A DNA stretch of 63,584 bases, the filler included, from Stramenopiles sp. TOSAG23-2 (taxonomy: Eukaryota): the NCBI GenBank assembly GCA_900128395.1. It is 15 parts of 15 records of this genome, joined end to end, with 100 filler letters (N's around TTAATTAATTAA, not from the genome) between each part and the next. Parts side by side here need not be neighbours in the genome. Positions count along the whole stretch, not along the records: positions 39,959 to 44,816 come from LT650794.1; positions 44,917 to 49,766 come from LT650795.1; positions 49,867 to 54,716 come from LT650796.1; positions 54,817 to 59,666 come from LT650797.1; 11 more parts are not named here. One strand, 5' to 3'. Under the pieces are notes generated by a model, which worked only from the letters and a program-made list of their open reading frames with translations, did no database searches and was not told where the DNA came from. This document shows, one piece after another, positions 44,512-57,469 of this stretch (its first letter is position 1; each line of letters opens with the position of its first letter). A program made the position numbers and the translations under genes.

Positions 44512-45860
44512 GTGTGGATGTGTGGGGGTGTATTCTAATATATATATAATTATTGTACCTTTTATATGTTTATATTTGAAATTTAATTTTTTTATTAGTC
44601 GATTTGTTGAACTAAGAATTAAAAAAAATAACTAAAATCAAATATAAAATCATTTAACATATAGTGTGTATGTACGTGAACAAGAAAGAGAGTATTATCA
44701 TTATACATTCTACGTATATTTTACTTATTGGTGTATTACACTTGCACATAATCAAACATACAGCATATATCATCCAAGATACATACAAAGTATGAATTTT
44801 GCAGCTTCTGGTTCTANNNNNNNNNNNNNNNNNNNNNNNNNNNNNNNNNNNNNNNNNNNNTTAATTAATTAANNNNNNNNNNNNNNNNNNNNNNNNNNNN
44901 NNNNNNNNNNNNNNNNATTAAGCGATTTTAGAGAAAACCTTATTTGGCGACGGTATTAGCGGAGGTGGCTCATATAGTATATTATTATCATGAATAAATT
45001 TTTAAACATTAAGTTATACTATTAAATGCATTTTTTATTTTAATATTCGTAAATTAAAAACACTATTATTTGAATATATGATGTACGAAGTATTTTTTTT
45101 AAAATGCCTCACTTTAAGTATGGATTTTATTTGCTAAAGACTTGTTCCTCAAGATCTTGATCTACATCGTTATTGACAGGAACGTATTCAAATTCGTTGA
45201 CATTTGGTGGCATTGGTGCATTGATATTTTTACTGCCACTGATAACTTCTTTGTATTTTTTACCACCTGGAACACAACTTTGGCCTTTGCCTGTTCCCTT
45301 TTGTATCATCTTCATCTTCATGGGATTGCCACGATTCTTTTTGTCTTCACCTTCTTCATCTTCTTGCGAAATTAAGTACAAAATAGTAATTGGTAATATA
45401 TACTTGAGATATAGAGAACCATACTAATAACAATACGACTATTCGGCCAATTCATTATTCCTTAAGCTATAGTATATTGTTATGTGCCACAGATTAGCAT
45501 ATAAATAACATCAAGTCCTATTTATTCGAGAGTGAAGATATTGTTAATGCTATTCTTCTTCTATATCTACGGGTTGTTGAAGATTTAAGGTGTATCCGTG
45601 TTGTTGTTGAAGATTGTCAAAAGAAGATATAATATATTAAAAAACTACAATTGAGGAATGAATAAAAATATAATTGAAATAATTCAATTGGAACAGATGG
45701 AAAAGAAAGAATGCGATGATCATCACTCCATGATTTGTCAGTACTATATATATGAAGTCATAACATTGTATTGAAACTATTATTGCGAGTTAATACATAT
45801 CTACTCTCTCTCTCTACATAAAATAATAATAGATTATTGTTATTATTATTATTTTATCAA

Positions 45861-47729
45861 ATGTCGTCCAACGTTACACCGAAGAAAATAACAATTGCTG
45901 ATAAATGCATGTTAGCAGTATCCAACTTTGGAGTCTATGGTTGCATAGCTAGTTTTGTTTTGCATGGACCGGTACTTTATACGACGTATCTTGGTGGCTC
46001 TCCTCAAGCTATCGGTACAATCGGTGTCATTATGGGATTTTTCAATGCAATAAATGGTCTACCTATTGCTCATTTAGCGGACAAAGGTTATTTAAATAAA
46101 CTTTGTAAATGCTTTCCTATTGAATCATGTGGTCGACGCGTTCCATGGATTGCTTTTGGGGTGCCTATAACTGCACTGGCAGGATTATTTATGTGGGCTC
46201 CACCAGTTTATGGTGATGGACCTGCTGCTATTGCTACGTGGTATGGTGTAATATATTTTGTATTATCATGTGGTTTTACAGCTGCTTTGCAGTCTATGAT
46301 GGCTGCTGTGCAGGAATTAATGCCAGATGCCAAATCAATAAGCCAACAAACTGCATTAGGCCAGCCTATTAATTTAATGGCATATACCATTACTGGTTTA
46401 GTTTTTCCTTCCATTGCTTTTACACAAGCTCCTGATGACGCTACGATTGATAACAATTGTTGCATTCAACCTTTACAACGATGTGAATTATCTGATAATA
46501 AAGTTTTGCCTTGTGCATGTTTTGTAAATAATGATAATAATAATAATAATAATAATACTACAATAATTTATAAAAAAAATTATGATCCATTGTTGATTTC
46601 GAAATGCAAACCAGTATTTGATGATAATAATGCAAAGTCAGCTTCACTTGGATTTAATAGTAGTAATTGCAACGTAGTTGACGACGTTTTAAGTACGAAT
46701 AATGGTTTAACATCATCATCGTCACAAGTACAAAATTTTACATTGTGCGGAATCATTCTTTTTTTCATGACATTGGTCAGTTTGATAGCTATTATACCAT
46801 CAAGAAAGAGCCGATTAGTTTTAATAAATCGAAAAGAGGAGGAAGACGATGATAATAATGCATCATCAGTAATAAATAATAAGAACAAGAACAATGTAGA
46901 TGATGATGAGAAGACGACCGGTATAGAGACAAAAATTAGTCTATTGGATTCAATTAAAGTTACTTGTGGTATGAATTCATTTCGTTGGACTGCAATTGCG
47001 AATCTTTTTGCAAATGTTAATGAACAACTCACTGTGCAACTTTTACCATTTTATTTGATATATTGTGTCGGTGTTGATTTTAGAGATGTTGGCAGTGCTT
47101 ATACAATGGTTGCAGGAGGACAAGTAGGTGCTGCATTGGTATCCGTTCCATTTTTTGTCTATTTATTGTCGTTGGAAAAAAATATGGAGACAACAGATCG
47201 TGTTAAAGTAAAAGTACCAAAAATACACCCAACAACAATAATGATGATTGCAACAACAATAAAATTGTTAATTCAATTACCATTAACAATTCTTGCTGCA
47301 GTAAATCACGATGTTGTGTTACTTACAATAGCTGCTATTGCTGGCGGTACCAGCACTGGTGGACAACCACAAGTAACTCAAGCATTGATGGGTTGGGTGA
47401 TGGATGATGATGAAACTCAAAATAATGGCATACGCCGCGAAGGAACGATTATCGCTTCAAATGCTGCTGTTCAACATATGTCGTTTGTCATAATTAGTTT
47501 TATCCTTGCTATGTGGGGAGCAGCGGGAATGGATGTAAACAAATGTCCAATGGAAAATCCACAAGGTGCTCGAGATGCAATATTTTTTACGTTCACATGG
47601 CTAAATGCAGTATTTTTGTTAATTTACATTGTTGCATTGTATTTTTATCCAATCAAAAATGATAAATTGATGGAAGTTATAAAGACTGTTACCGTAAGAA
47701 ATAGCAATAAAAATATTACAGTAGAGTAG
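45861..47729 (+). CDS. MFS transporter, GPH/MFS_2 (MelB/MFSD2-like) family
   Basis: About 12 hydrophobic segments, LADKG...GRRVPW in loop 2-3, D.DE....RREG motif and a Cys-rich luminal loop. Start taken at ATG 45861 (MSSNVTP). Confidence 0.85.
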   Translation: MSSNVTPKKITIADKCMLAVSNFGVYGCIASFVLHGPVLYTTYLGGSPQAIGTIGVIMGFFNAINGLPIAHLADKGYLNKLCKCFPIESCGRRVPWIAFGVPITALAGLFMWAPPVYGDGPAAIATWYGVIYFVLSCGFTAALQSMMAAVQELMPDAKSISQQTALGQPINLMAYTITGLVFPSIAFTQAPDDATIDNNCCIQPLQRCELSDNKVLPCACFVNNDNNNNNNNTTIIYKKNYDPLLISKCKPVFDDNNAKSASLGFNSSNCNVVDDVLSTNNGLTSSSSQVQNFTLCGIILFFMTLVSLIAIIPSRKSRLVLINRKEEEDDDNNASSVINNKNKNNVDDDEKTTGIETKISLLDSIKVTCGMNSFRWTAIANLFANVNEQLTVQLLPFYLIYCVGVDFRDVGSAYTMVAGGQVGAALVSVPFFVYLLSLEKNMETTDRVKVKVPKIHPTTIMMIATTIKLLIQLPLTILAAVNHDVVLLTIAAIAGGTSTGGQPQVTQALMGWVMDDDETQNNGIRREGTIIASNAAVQHMSFVIISFILAMWGAAGMDVNKCPMENPQGARDAIFFTFTWLNAVFLLIYIVALYFYPIKNDKLMEVIKTVTVRNSNKNITVE

Positions 47730-48243
47730 TAATTGATGAAACAAGTAAGTTATAAATTTTTTGAAAAAAGAAAATTCATTAATTTTGTGTGCTGTCTTTG
47801 TTTGTGCGTGTATCCATATGTATTTAAAAAACTTTTCGTAATCATACGACGAACCTTTTCGTATGATATGAAAATTTTGGTTTTTTTTAAATAGAAGTAA
47901 TGTGTGACGCGTGTCGTAATAAATTATGTTTTTCGGTGTGTCGTTAATAATTATGAAACCGTAAAAAATATATGTTCGTATGATAATGGTAAACAAAAAG
48001 TATACTTTTTTCTCTCTCAGTAATATAAATACTCCCTCTCTCCTTTTATCTATATTTTTTAATATATACGTTCGTATCATTTAATTTACAATATATATAT
48101 ATGAGTATATATACGAGTACGTAATATTATAAATATGTACGAGTATGAAAAAATATTTTTGTAAATATATTCTTCTTTTTCTTTTATTCACAAGCGTAAT
48201 AGATTAATACACATCGCTTTACAAATAAAACACGATTGCTCGC

Positions 48244-48277
<34 letters not shown>

Positions 48278-48280
48278 CTC
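48244..48280. repeat. (CA)n/(CT)n microsatellite
   Basis: Direct inspection. (TA)n runs also occur at ~2068, ~5093 and ~49723. Confidence 0.85.
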
Positions 48281-48333
48281 TTCAACATACGACGTACAAC
48301 ACTCTAATATTAAAACATTACGAGTATCACTTT

Positions 48334-49535
48334 CTAATACAACAACGATTTTTGTAATCTTGATGCCATGGATGTAATTCCATAATTAGGTATACATACA
48401 GGATATGGTGGAAACGATTTTGAATAATACCATTTATCAAAACGGCGTTTTCTAGCTTTGTTCACTAACTCCATTCGCTTCTCTTCATTTATCATACCAT
48501 CAATTGCATTTGCAGAATCAAGATCATCCTTATTACTATCGGAATCATCCCATAATTCTGATAAGTCAATATTAACATTATCTTCCTCATCTGAATTTAA
48601 TTCATAACAGCAATATCCATAGGTATAATAATATTTATTGTCAAATGATTTTGTTGACAATTTTCCAATTATATCTTCATAACTAATAGTCGGATTGCCC
48701 AAGACGCCTTCCGCAAGGGGTTTCAACGATGTATGTAGAGAACTTATTTTATTATTACTATGTGATGTTTTCGTTGTGTTTCCTCTTTTTTTGCGTTGGT
48801 ACTTTTTTTTTATATTTACACTATTGCTATTTCCAATTTGTCGCTTTGCTGCTAATCTTCATTTGCTTGCAATTGCCTTGATGCCAATGCCTCATTTTGT
48901 TGAAGTATTTCAAATGGATCTCGTGGAATTTCTTCAATGTTATTTTTCCATACCTTTTTAATTATATCTGTCGGTGCGTTACCCGAATTATTCAATACCC
49001 TGCGGTTAAAGTGGCTATATGCATGTGTACGTACTTGTACGGCAGATTTTGTGCCAACGTGTTTTGCAATCATTGACCAATTACGTTTAAAACGTTTCAT
49101 ACCTTCAATAAATAAATCATGTTCATGATCATTCCATTTTTCTCTTCTTCGTCTTTTATGCAATTTTCCATCTTTACCCTTTACTAGAGTCCAACCTCTC
49201 TTTTTATCACTTGAAGATAATTTTGGTGATGACGACGACGTTGACGTTATGGATCCATCCGAGGAGATGGTGGAAAACGCATGCTTACTTGTGTTGCCGT
49301 TTGCAAATTTGCTAAGAAGTGCATTGGCATGGCTATCTTTTGACTCAGAAATCATCCCATTATTATTGTTTCCTGCTACTAGCATATTTGAACTAAGGAT
49401 AGTCGAGCTCATTTTTTGAGACTTAAGATTATTGTTGTTGTTGTTGTTGTTGTTTTTCTGAAATAGAAAATTATCTGAAACACTATTGGGACTTGTAACT
49501 CCTTGCAGTAATTCGCAATCTTTTGATCTCAACAT
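48334..49535 (-). CDS. Single-repeat Myb (SHAQKYF-type) transcription factor with a 1-nt frameshift at ~48858
   Basis: KWNDHEHDLFIEGMKRFKRNWSMIAKHVGTKSAVQVRTHAYSHF. Adding one A at GAA^GA continues the frame as RLAAKRQ... into ORF 48334-48726. Confidence 0.8.
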
Positions 49536-50219
49536 TCGATGTATACACAGTTATTAGAGAACCTTGATCTCTTATATATATCTATCTATCTATATATCTA
49601 TATATCTATATAGGGTTATATATCAAAATGTAGTGAAGTATACGTCTTTTTCTTCTTTTTCTTACTAATAATATATGGAGATCAATGTATAATAATGTTT
49701 AAAATAAAAAAGATATTGATCCTTATATATATATATATATATATATATAACACACTTGATGTATGTNNNNNNNNNNNNNNNNNNNNNNNNNNNNNNNNNN
49801 NNNNNNNNNNTTAATTAATTAANNNNNNNNNNNNNNNNNNNNNNNNNNNNNNNNNNNNNNNNNNNNGTGTGTGATACATCGTACCGTGGTAGAGTATATC
49901 ATGATCCTTCTTGCATATACACTTTAAAGTGCAATGAATATGCGATATATTATATAAAAAATTCTCTTACTTATATATTTTTTTATTTAAATAAATTTTA
50001 TTAAATTGTGTGTGTAAATTAATTATTTCTATATCAGTATATACGTCTACTTCTCTTGTATATTTTAAAGGATACCATTAAATTTTAAAGGATAGTATAT
50101 TTATTCTCGAGATTGAGTATTGAGCATATTATTTATTTTAGAAGTAAAATTATTATATAAATTAGATTTTAACCATATATATTTTTAATGGTGAGGTTTA
50201 TGATATGTCACACTTTGTT

Positions 50220-53200
50220 TCATTGCCCAGTTTGTTCATCTTTTTCATAGATCACCATTAGGCCCATGTGTGCACTAGCAGTTTTATTTGGCCATGCAAC
50301 AATCGTTGTTGCTAGCGCGTACATTAGGCTTTTATCTGTTCTATCCCATGGCGAAATGTCTTCATATTCATGGTTTAAAATATGTGAACGAACCGTCGTA
50401 ACATCAACTGATGATGTATCATAACAGTAGACTTTACCAACGAAACCAGGTGGTACACTTTGCATTAACGTTTTTAATTTTTTACGATATTGTTTTTGTT
50501 TCCATAAGCCTAAACTCATGCCGTCTGCGTAGATGTTCTCCCCTTTGCCTTTTCGATACCTAAAATCTTTAGGCTCGATACTAAATCCAGGTCTACCCTC
50601 ATCTTCCAACATATACCTCCATCCATGATCGTATACTTTTGGCACTAATTGAAGTTCTAATCGTGCTTCGATGAACTTGACTAAAATTGGTTTAATAGTT
50701 TCGTTTCCTTCCCAGTTTGTCTCTAAATTTAAGGCATACCGATGGTTCGATATAGCCGCTTCTATATTCTCTTGCATTTCATGCTCTAGCAGAGCTACAT
50801 TTTCATCTGACATTTGTTCGCTTAACGAAACGGGTGCCAGGGCCGGTTGGACTTTAATTTTCATAGGAGATTCATAAGGCTCATCATGTATAACAGCTAG
50901 CCAACCACCTTTTTTTTCTAATTGTAGATCATACCCGATTTTTGTAGGATCGACTAAACGCTGGTTGTTCACAAACATTTGCTTATGATTAAAAACGCAA
51001 AACAATTCTTTATATGGAAATGTCTCAGACGCTGAAATGGTTTTGTATACATTATCAATTTCTAATATAAATTCCATTCTCTCGTGGTATTCCTCTGCCA
51101 GCATAGCGCGTAGTTGTGCACGATATTCCGCCTCCGCTTTGTCCTTCGCTGCCTTATCTGCTTGCCGCGCCATTTCAAAATCATTTGCTTTATCCTTTAA
51201 AATAACACGTTCATCCGCTTTCCCCCATGCCTCACCACCAAGCCCTGCCCCGTGCAAAAATATCCCATCCGTCTTAACGTCTGCATCAGTTCGCATTTTA
51301 TGCGATACAGAATCCATGAAGGTCAACATGTCCTCCTCTTGTGGCAAATCGTCTTCATCGCTGCCTTCCTCTTTCACAACTGATTTGCGTTTCCTTCGCA
51401 TTTTTACCTCTTTATTTCTTCGCCTTTTCTTTTTCTTTTTTTTCTCTTTATATTTTCCTATTGCTATTTGATATGACTTCTCATCGTCCCTTCCTTCCCA
51501 TCTATTAGCCATCGGAGGAGCTATCGGCTTTCCAAGAGCAACTTCCCAAAATTTAACGCTTCCTGTCTCCCTATACTCTTCATCGTCGCCCCATTTTTGA
51601 CAGTCTATCGACGTGCTTTCACGTGTTAAAACCCACTGATGTTGCGCCTGGCGCTTCCCATCCAATGCATCCATAACTAAGGCTTCTCCAATGCAAACCC
51701 AAGCATCAATTTTAATTCCTAACAACAAACAAACCATCAGAATTGCATGAGCTTGCACATCACCTTTTCTTGCTTTTAAAAAATAATCTGGTGTAAACCA
51801 AGAGTCTGCTCCGGCACTGCCAAAATGTTCAACCTCGTCATCAACGAATTCAAATTCGATCATGCTTACAAATTTTGCTACTTTCATCGACGTTATCGGT
51901 TTTCTGGAATCTAGACAAATTAAATACTTGCGTTCGTCTGGGTCAACCATTTGATATGGTGGAACAATTGGAACCAACATCTTGGGCAAAAAGCACTCTT
52001 GCATATATTGATTAGTTCCTCGAATTATTTCTTCACAACCATACTGTTCGATTCTTCTTCGAAATTCAGCCAATTTTAATTTTTCCTGCAAAAATTTTTT
52101 AATTTGCTGTGTTTCAACAGGAGTTTCTATACGTGTTTGGTGCATATCACTATAATAATTCAAAAAAAATAAACCAGCTGGGACCCTCGCCTTACTTATA
52201 CGAGGTTGTTCCCCGTCCGCTTCTTGCTGCTTGCGTTCCATTTCACTTGAACGGTCACGTGGCCTGTGCGCAATTTGTATTAAATCCCCCCCCCGCAATA
52301 AACGTGTGCCATCCTCTTTTAAATAATGGGTTGACATACCTTTCGGCTTTTTATCTTCGCCTATGAAACCTGGCCCATGAAACCAACCTTCAATAGTTAT
52401 TGTACTGTCTAAATATGCTGGCAAACCTTCTAGTTTCGACGTTTGTATGTGTCTGCGAGTTAATATGGTATGCTCGCGTAACGGTGTTCCACGCCGTCTT
52501 CTAAATTTTACCACTCTCTTTTTTGGTACAGACGCTTTCCACTTTGGGTGGTTTTGAACATCCAGCGTCTTATATGGTTTGTACGGTCTTGGTCCGGTAA
52601 TATCATGGAGGTAAAACCGTGCACTGCCTAAATTATCGCTATCCCCTGCTTCATCGAAATCCCATACATTAATGCGTGCAAATGGAAATTTATCAAATTC
52701 ATCTTGCTGTGGCATGTCACTCATTCTTGCTTTGATGGGAAAGTACAACGTTTCGTCATACTCAGGATTGCAATTATCTGTGTGGGTCGCAGTCTGCTGA
52801 GACATATTGCCCCAATCAACCGTGACATATGGATCGGATAAACCGGAAGGGTTGACGCCACGTAACCCGTTTGCTTTGATAATACGGATACATAAATAGC
52901 AGCGTTCATACGGTTTATAGACCTTCAATTCCATTGGTTGAGCTACACCCTTTTGTGAATACTCTCTCCAAAGTGTTGATTTAGGGCAATTTACATCCAC
53001 AGAACCGCTTACATTCCCGGATTTTAAAGGGTCCATTTTTCTTTGTTTTTTTGCCCACGATATTGATGTACTTAAACTTGAGCCAATGGATGCCCCCTCT
53101 AAACCTATATGTCCTTTTCCAATTAATAATTTTTGGTAACCGTTCCTATGCCATACTTTAACTTGTAGTACTTCATCTTCCAATTCTGTTCTAGTTCCTT

Positions 53201-54245
53201 TGAATTTCATTTTACCCATCGTTCGAAAACTCGGGTATGCAAACGCGTCGTTATATCTATATTCTAACGCAGTGTCTTTTGATTGAATTTTCTTTGAGTT
53301 AAATCTACCTGCTGGTACTTTGGATTTATATAATCCTTTGCCTAATTTATACGTCATAAATGTAACTCTCGATTGTTCCTCCTCTTTTGCATTTTCGTCT
53401 TCTAGTTGCATCATTTTTGTGTCTATCTCTGCCGTCCAGTTTTGAAGTTGTAATTCGAAGTCTAAAACTTCTTGTAGAATGCATACAAATTTTATTTGCC
53501 CAACAGCAAAAACGCTTTGTCGTTTTTTAATTGTGACTACATGGTTACAGTCCCACACTTGATTTAATGAATCGCGTGCTATATGGACCATTTGGCGCTC
53601 AACGACTCCCATACGCTCGTTAGGCATGTAAGAATGAAAATCCCAAACTTCCACCCTGATTTTATGATCATACATGTCTAAATAAGACATGTTCAGCGCC
53701 ATTTTAGCTGCAAAGCCATTAAAGGTTTTTTCTTCTCCCGCAGTTATGTCATTGAAAAAATCCGTGGAATACATTAGACCGTCTTTTCCTCTAGGTTTCC
53801 AAACTTTTTTCTTAATACGTCTACCTGTCTCAGGATCTTTTTCACTAGTTTTTACTAACACCTTTTTTGCTAAAAAGTTATAACCAACGAAAAACTTTAA
53901 AAATATATCATTTTCATCACTTTGGTTCCATTTATGTAGGTATCTAACATTCTTAATCTCGCATTTCCATCTTCTTTTTTTACTTAGTTCTTTTATATCT
54001 TTTGCAGTTCTATCCCTGGCATACTTAAAATACTTCATGTGTTTTTTATCATTAAAATGTATCATAGACCAACTTTGTTCCATTTCTCCAAACGGTTCAC
54101 CTGTCTCTATATCAAATAAGTCTTCATCTAATTCATTTTCGTCGTCACTAGACTCATCATCATCTTCTTCTTCCTCTTCTTCCTCTTCTGGTTCTTCCTC
54201 TTTTTCTTCATCATCTTTTTTTTCATCGTCTTTCTTATCGCTCAT
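50220..54245 (-). CDS. Multi-C2-domain protein with CEP76/CC2D2A-type transglutaminase-like domain (ciliary/centriolar family)
   Basis: C2 motifs IRIIKANGL...SGLSDPYV...NPEYDETLYF...INVWDFD and RVEVWDF. Transglutaminase-like motifs WFTPDYFL..RKGD...HAIL..CLLLG...AWVCIG, HQWVLT, VKFWE and PY....CVFNH...FVN. Confidence 0.8.
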   Translation of the reverse strand: MSDKKDDEKKDDEEKEEEPEEEEEEEEDDDESSDDENELDEDLFDIETGEPFGEMEQSWSMIHFNDKKHMKYFKYARDRTAKDIKELSKKRRWKCEIKNVRYLHKWNQSDENDIFLKFFVGYNFLAKKVLVKTSEKDPETGRRIKKKVWKPRGKDGLMYSTDFFNDITAGEEKTFNGFAAKMALNMSYLDMYDHKIRVEVWDFHSYMPNERMGVVERQMVHIARDSLNQVWDCNHVVTIKKRQSVFAVGQIKFVCILQEVLDFELQLQNWTAEIDTKMMQLEDENAKEEEQSRVTFMTYKLGKGLYKSKVPAGRFNSKKIQSKDTALEYRYNDAFAYPSFRTMGKMKFKGTRTELEDEVLQVKVWHRNGYQKLLIGKGHIGLEGASIGSSLSTSISWAKKQRKMDPLKSGNVSGSVDVNCPKSTLWREYSQKGVAQPMELKVYKPYERCYLCIRIIKANGLRGVNPSGLSDPYVTVDWGNMSQQTATHTDNCNPEYDETLYFPIKARMSDMPQQDEFDKFPFARINVWDFDEAGDSDNLGSARFYLHDITGPRPYKPYKTLDVQNHPKWKASVPKKRVVKFRRRRGTPLREHTILTRRHIQTSKLEGLPAYLDSTITIEGWFHGPGFIGEDKKPKGMSTHYLKEDGTRLLRGGDLIQIAHRPRDRSSEMERKQQEADGEQPRISKARVPAGLFFLNYYSDMHQTRIETPVETQQIKKFLQEKLKLAEFRRRIEQYGCEEIIRGTNQYMQECFLPKMLVPIVPPYQMVDPDERKYLICLDSRKPITSMKVAKFVSMIEFEFVDDEVEHFGSAGADSWFTPDYFLKARKGDVQAHAILMVCLLLGIKIDAWVCIGEALVMDALDGKRQAQHQWVLTRESTSIDCQKWGDDEEYRETGSVKFWEVALGKPIAPPMANRWEGRDDEKSYQIAIGKYKEKKKKKKRRRNKEVKMRRKRKSVVKEEGSDEDDLPQEEDMLTFMDSVSHKMRTDADVKTDGIFLHGAGLGGEAWGKADERVILKDKANDFEMARQADKAAKDKAEAEYRAQLRAMLAEEYHERMEFILEIDNVYKTISASETFPYKELFCVFNHKQMFVNNQRLVDPTKIGYDLQLEKKGGWLAVIHDEPYESPMKIKVQPALAPVSLSEQMSDENVALLEHEMQENIEAAISNHRYALNLETNWEGNETIKPILVKFIEARLELQLVPKVYDHGWRYMLEDEGRPGFSIEPKDFRYRKGKGENIYADGMSLGLWKQKQYRKKLKTLMQSVPPGFVGKVYCYDTSSVDVTTVRSHILNHEYEDISPWDRTDKSLMYALATTIVAWPNKTASAHMGLMVIYEKDEQTGQ

Positions 54246-55041
54246 TTTACTAGTTATTGAAATATGCTAATTTAGTAATATTTCTACTAACAGTCACTTG
54301 CACTGTATATATGTATGTACAGACGTATGTATCGTTGCCTTTTATCACAAAATATTCTTCCAAGAAACAGGGATAGTTTGCTATTTCACAGCTAAATTTT
54401 GGGTCGTATTATATATACCTCGATACAATTTTGCAGAGTTTATTAATTTTCGGTTATATGGAAGAAGGAACTGACTTATTATTATTATTTAATAATATAA
54501 ATAATTATTATGTGTTGTTATAGTTAGTATTATTATTGTTATTACAAGTACTATTCCCACTATAATAATATAATATCCAGGTGTTATAGTATTATTAGTC
54601 GAATATTGAGTTACGGGACTGCCAGCCGGCCCGCTGGGCCAGCCCTGGGCCAGCCCTAATAGCTTTCCTGGGAAAACGTAGATTTGGACCAGGAAATGCC
54701 TCTGGTGTCCAGAGAANNNNNNNNNNNNNNNNNNNNNNNNNNNNNNNNNNNNNNNNNNNNTTAATTAATTAANNNNNNNNNNNNNNNNNNNNNNNNNNNN
54801 NNNNNNNNNNNNNNNNTGAAGAAAAAATATTACGAGTATAATATGTGCACATTAATCTCAAGAAAAAAAATATTTCACCCAGTTTATAAAATACATATAC
54901 GTATCATACGAATTTCGTACATGCATAATATATATAGTAACGCTCAGTTCTATATACTATATATATATAATGCAAATTACGTACGTCGTAGTAAACCACT
55001 ATATATTATATATATATATAGTGTGTGTGACAAAAAAAAGC

Positions 55042-56637
55042 TTACAATCCACTTTTTAATTTTTTCACGTACAAGCTCTTTACATCAACGAATTCTTTTA
55101 AGCCGATTGCACCACCACCTTCGCTTCCAAGACCACTTGCTTTAACACCACCAAATGGTGCTACTTCATCTCTGCGTACTAAATGTTGATTGACCCAACT
55201 CATACCAGATTCAAGCTGTACAGCAACTTCAGCTGCTTTTTCTGCATCTGGACCCCATACGGAACCACCTAAACCATATTCAGAGTTATTTGCACGTTCC
55301 AATGCTTCATCCACATCTTTGTATTTCAAGATTGGTAATGCCATGCCGAATTGTTCTTCTTTAACAAGACGATCTTCATCAGTTAAATCAGCAACCATGG
55401 TTGGAGGGTAGTAGTATCCACCTTCTTTACCTGGTACGGTAATACGTTCGCCACCAGATAAAATACGGCCACCATTTTTTTTAGCATCGTCAACTAACAT
55501 TTCAATGCGTTTCAATTGCATTTCATTGTTCATTGGACCATATGCAATACCGTCTTGTGTACCATCACCAACAGTTGCTTGTTTTGCAATGTTACCGATT
55601 TTGTCAACGAAATCTTCATATTGGCTTTCATGGACAAATACACGTTTGATTGCAACACAGGTTTGGCCAGAGTTGAACATAGCACTGAAAAATATTTGTG
55701 GTGCAACTTCATCGAGGTTTGTTTCAGGCATAACAATTGCTGCATCGTTACCTCCTAATTCCAATGTCAATTTTTTCAATGTACCAGCTGCAGATTTCAT
55801 GATATTTTTACCAGTTGCTGCACTACCAGTGAAAGTAATATGAACAATATCTGGATGATCAACGATCCAACGTCCAAGTTCATTACCACCAGACAAAATG
55901 TTGATAACACCAGGTGGGAATGCTGTAGCTGCAAGCTCACCCATCATAACCGTAGTTAATGGTGTATGTGGCGATGGTTTTAATACGATAGTATTACCAG
56001 TTACTACAGCAGGCATTAATTTATCGCATGCCATTAAAATTGGGAAATTCCATGGTGTGATACCACCAACGACACCACGTGGTACGTAATGTAACTCAAC
56101 ACGTCCGCGTTTGTCTTCACTAACAACTTCTGGTTTTAACAAATCTTCTTTGATCAAACGTTCACAAGTATGAATGCATCCAAAGATTTCTCCCATTGAT
56201 GCACCAATTGGTTTGCCTTGTTCCAAAGTCAATGCATGTGCAAATTCTTTTTGTTTTGATTTTAACCCTTCAACAAATTTCCTCATGCAAGCTGCACGTT
56301 CAGCAAAACTTGTTCTTTTCCATGATCCATAAGCATTCTTTGCTGCTGCAACAGCACGTTCCAAATCTCCTTTTGATGCTTCTGGTACTTGTGTGAAAAC
56401 TTTTCCATCTGCAGGGTTGATAACACCAGCAGTTTTTCCGCCTTCAGCACTATCATATATGAAAGAATATAAATGTATATCATATGTTAGTTTATCTATT
56501 TCTCAGTCTTACGGGGATATATATATATAAATAGGTTTTTTGAGATAAAAAAAGATAATTGATGAAAGGGTGCAGATACTATCAAATACTTACTCCACCA
56601 ATTGTCCATTGATTAATAATTTGTTATTGTATGACAT
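55042..56637 (-). CDS. NAD(P)-dependent aldehyde dehydrogenase, copy 1; join(56637..56594,56449..55042)
   Basis: ITPWNFP, LKPSP.TP, FTGS, LELGGND, catalytic GQTC, EEQFG and PFGG.K.SG. Exon 1 MSYNNKLLINGQLV is followed by GTAAGT, and acceptor TAG at 56450 gives an in-frame join. Confidence 0.95.
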
Positions 56638-56812
56638 GTGTGTTGTTTTTTGTTGTGTTTATAAATTTGTATTTTATGAATCTTCTTTTTTTTTGTTTTA
56701 ATACTTACTCCACCAATTGTCCATTGATTAATAATTTGTTATTGTATGACATGTGTGTTGTTTTTTGTTGTGTTTATAAATTTGTATTTTATGAATCTTC
56801 TTTTTTTTTGTT
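56585..56812. repeat. 115-bp tandem duplication of ALDH exon 1, donor site and 5'UTR
   Basis: ATG at both 56637 and 56752, each followed by an identical exon and GTAAGT. Confidence 0.9.
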
Positions 56813-57469
56813 TTTCTACATATATATGTTTGTTCCTTTCCACCTTTGTTTCTACTCTGATTACATTTATATATTGTTTTAATTCATTCTTAGTTTATAT
56901 ATATATTTTGCAAACTATTTTGTAAAAAAATAACACTATTCATTATTGGAAAAAATATTTGGATAGTGTTATATGGAAATACCATTGTAGTGTTATATAA
57001 TATGGAAATACCATTGTATATATAATCGCGAACAACAATGATGTTTACAATGTGTGGATGTATGTGCTTGAAGAATTTTATATATATATAGATATATTCA
57101 TTAAAAGGGAGAACACAATCTAGTTATAATTATAGGACTTACCGACGGCATAATTATAGGCAGAAGCGGGATATTTATATATTATTATGTTGTTGTTTTT
57201 TTGTTTTTTTGTTGTACAGAATAGGTAGTAGGAAGTAAGCAGCGCGATAAAAAAAACTTCAATTTATTATAAAGAACTTCAATATTGTTGAGATTGTGAT
57301 TTCCAAGCACTTAAAAGAATCAGGATACTCCAAAGTATTACAACCCTCGGGCCTCATAATTACTCTTTATCACTTTACAAAAGCGTCGACATTCGTCCAA
57401 CTTCACAAAGCCTGTGCGTATATGTAGGTGTGAAATAGTTTTTCCTGAGCTTGCAGATAACATTACACC

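Noticed and set aside
45127-45735. Minus-strand membrane-protein-like fragments upstream of the MFS gene
   Set aside because: Multiple stops and no recognisable family. It may be a decayed or spliced gene, but no call can be supported.
54617-54660. GC-rich GGGCCAGCCC repeats near the contig end
   Set aside because: Too short and close to the contig end to interpret.
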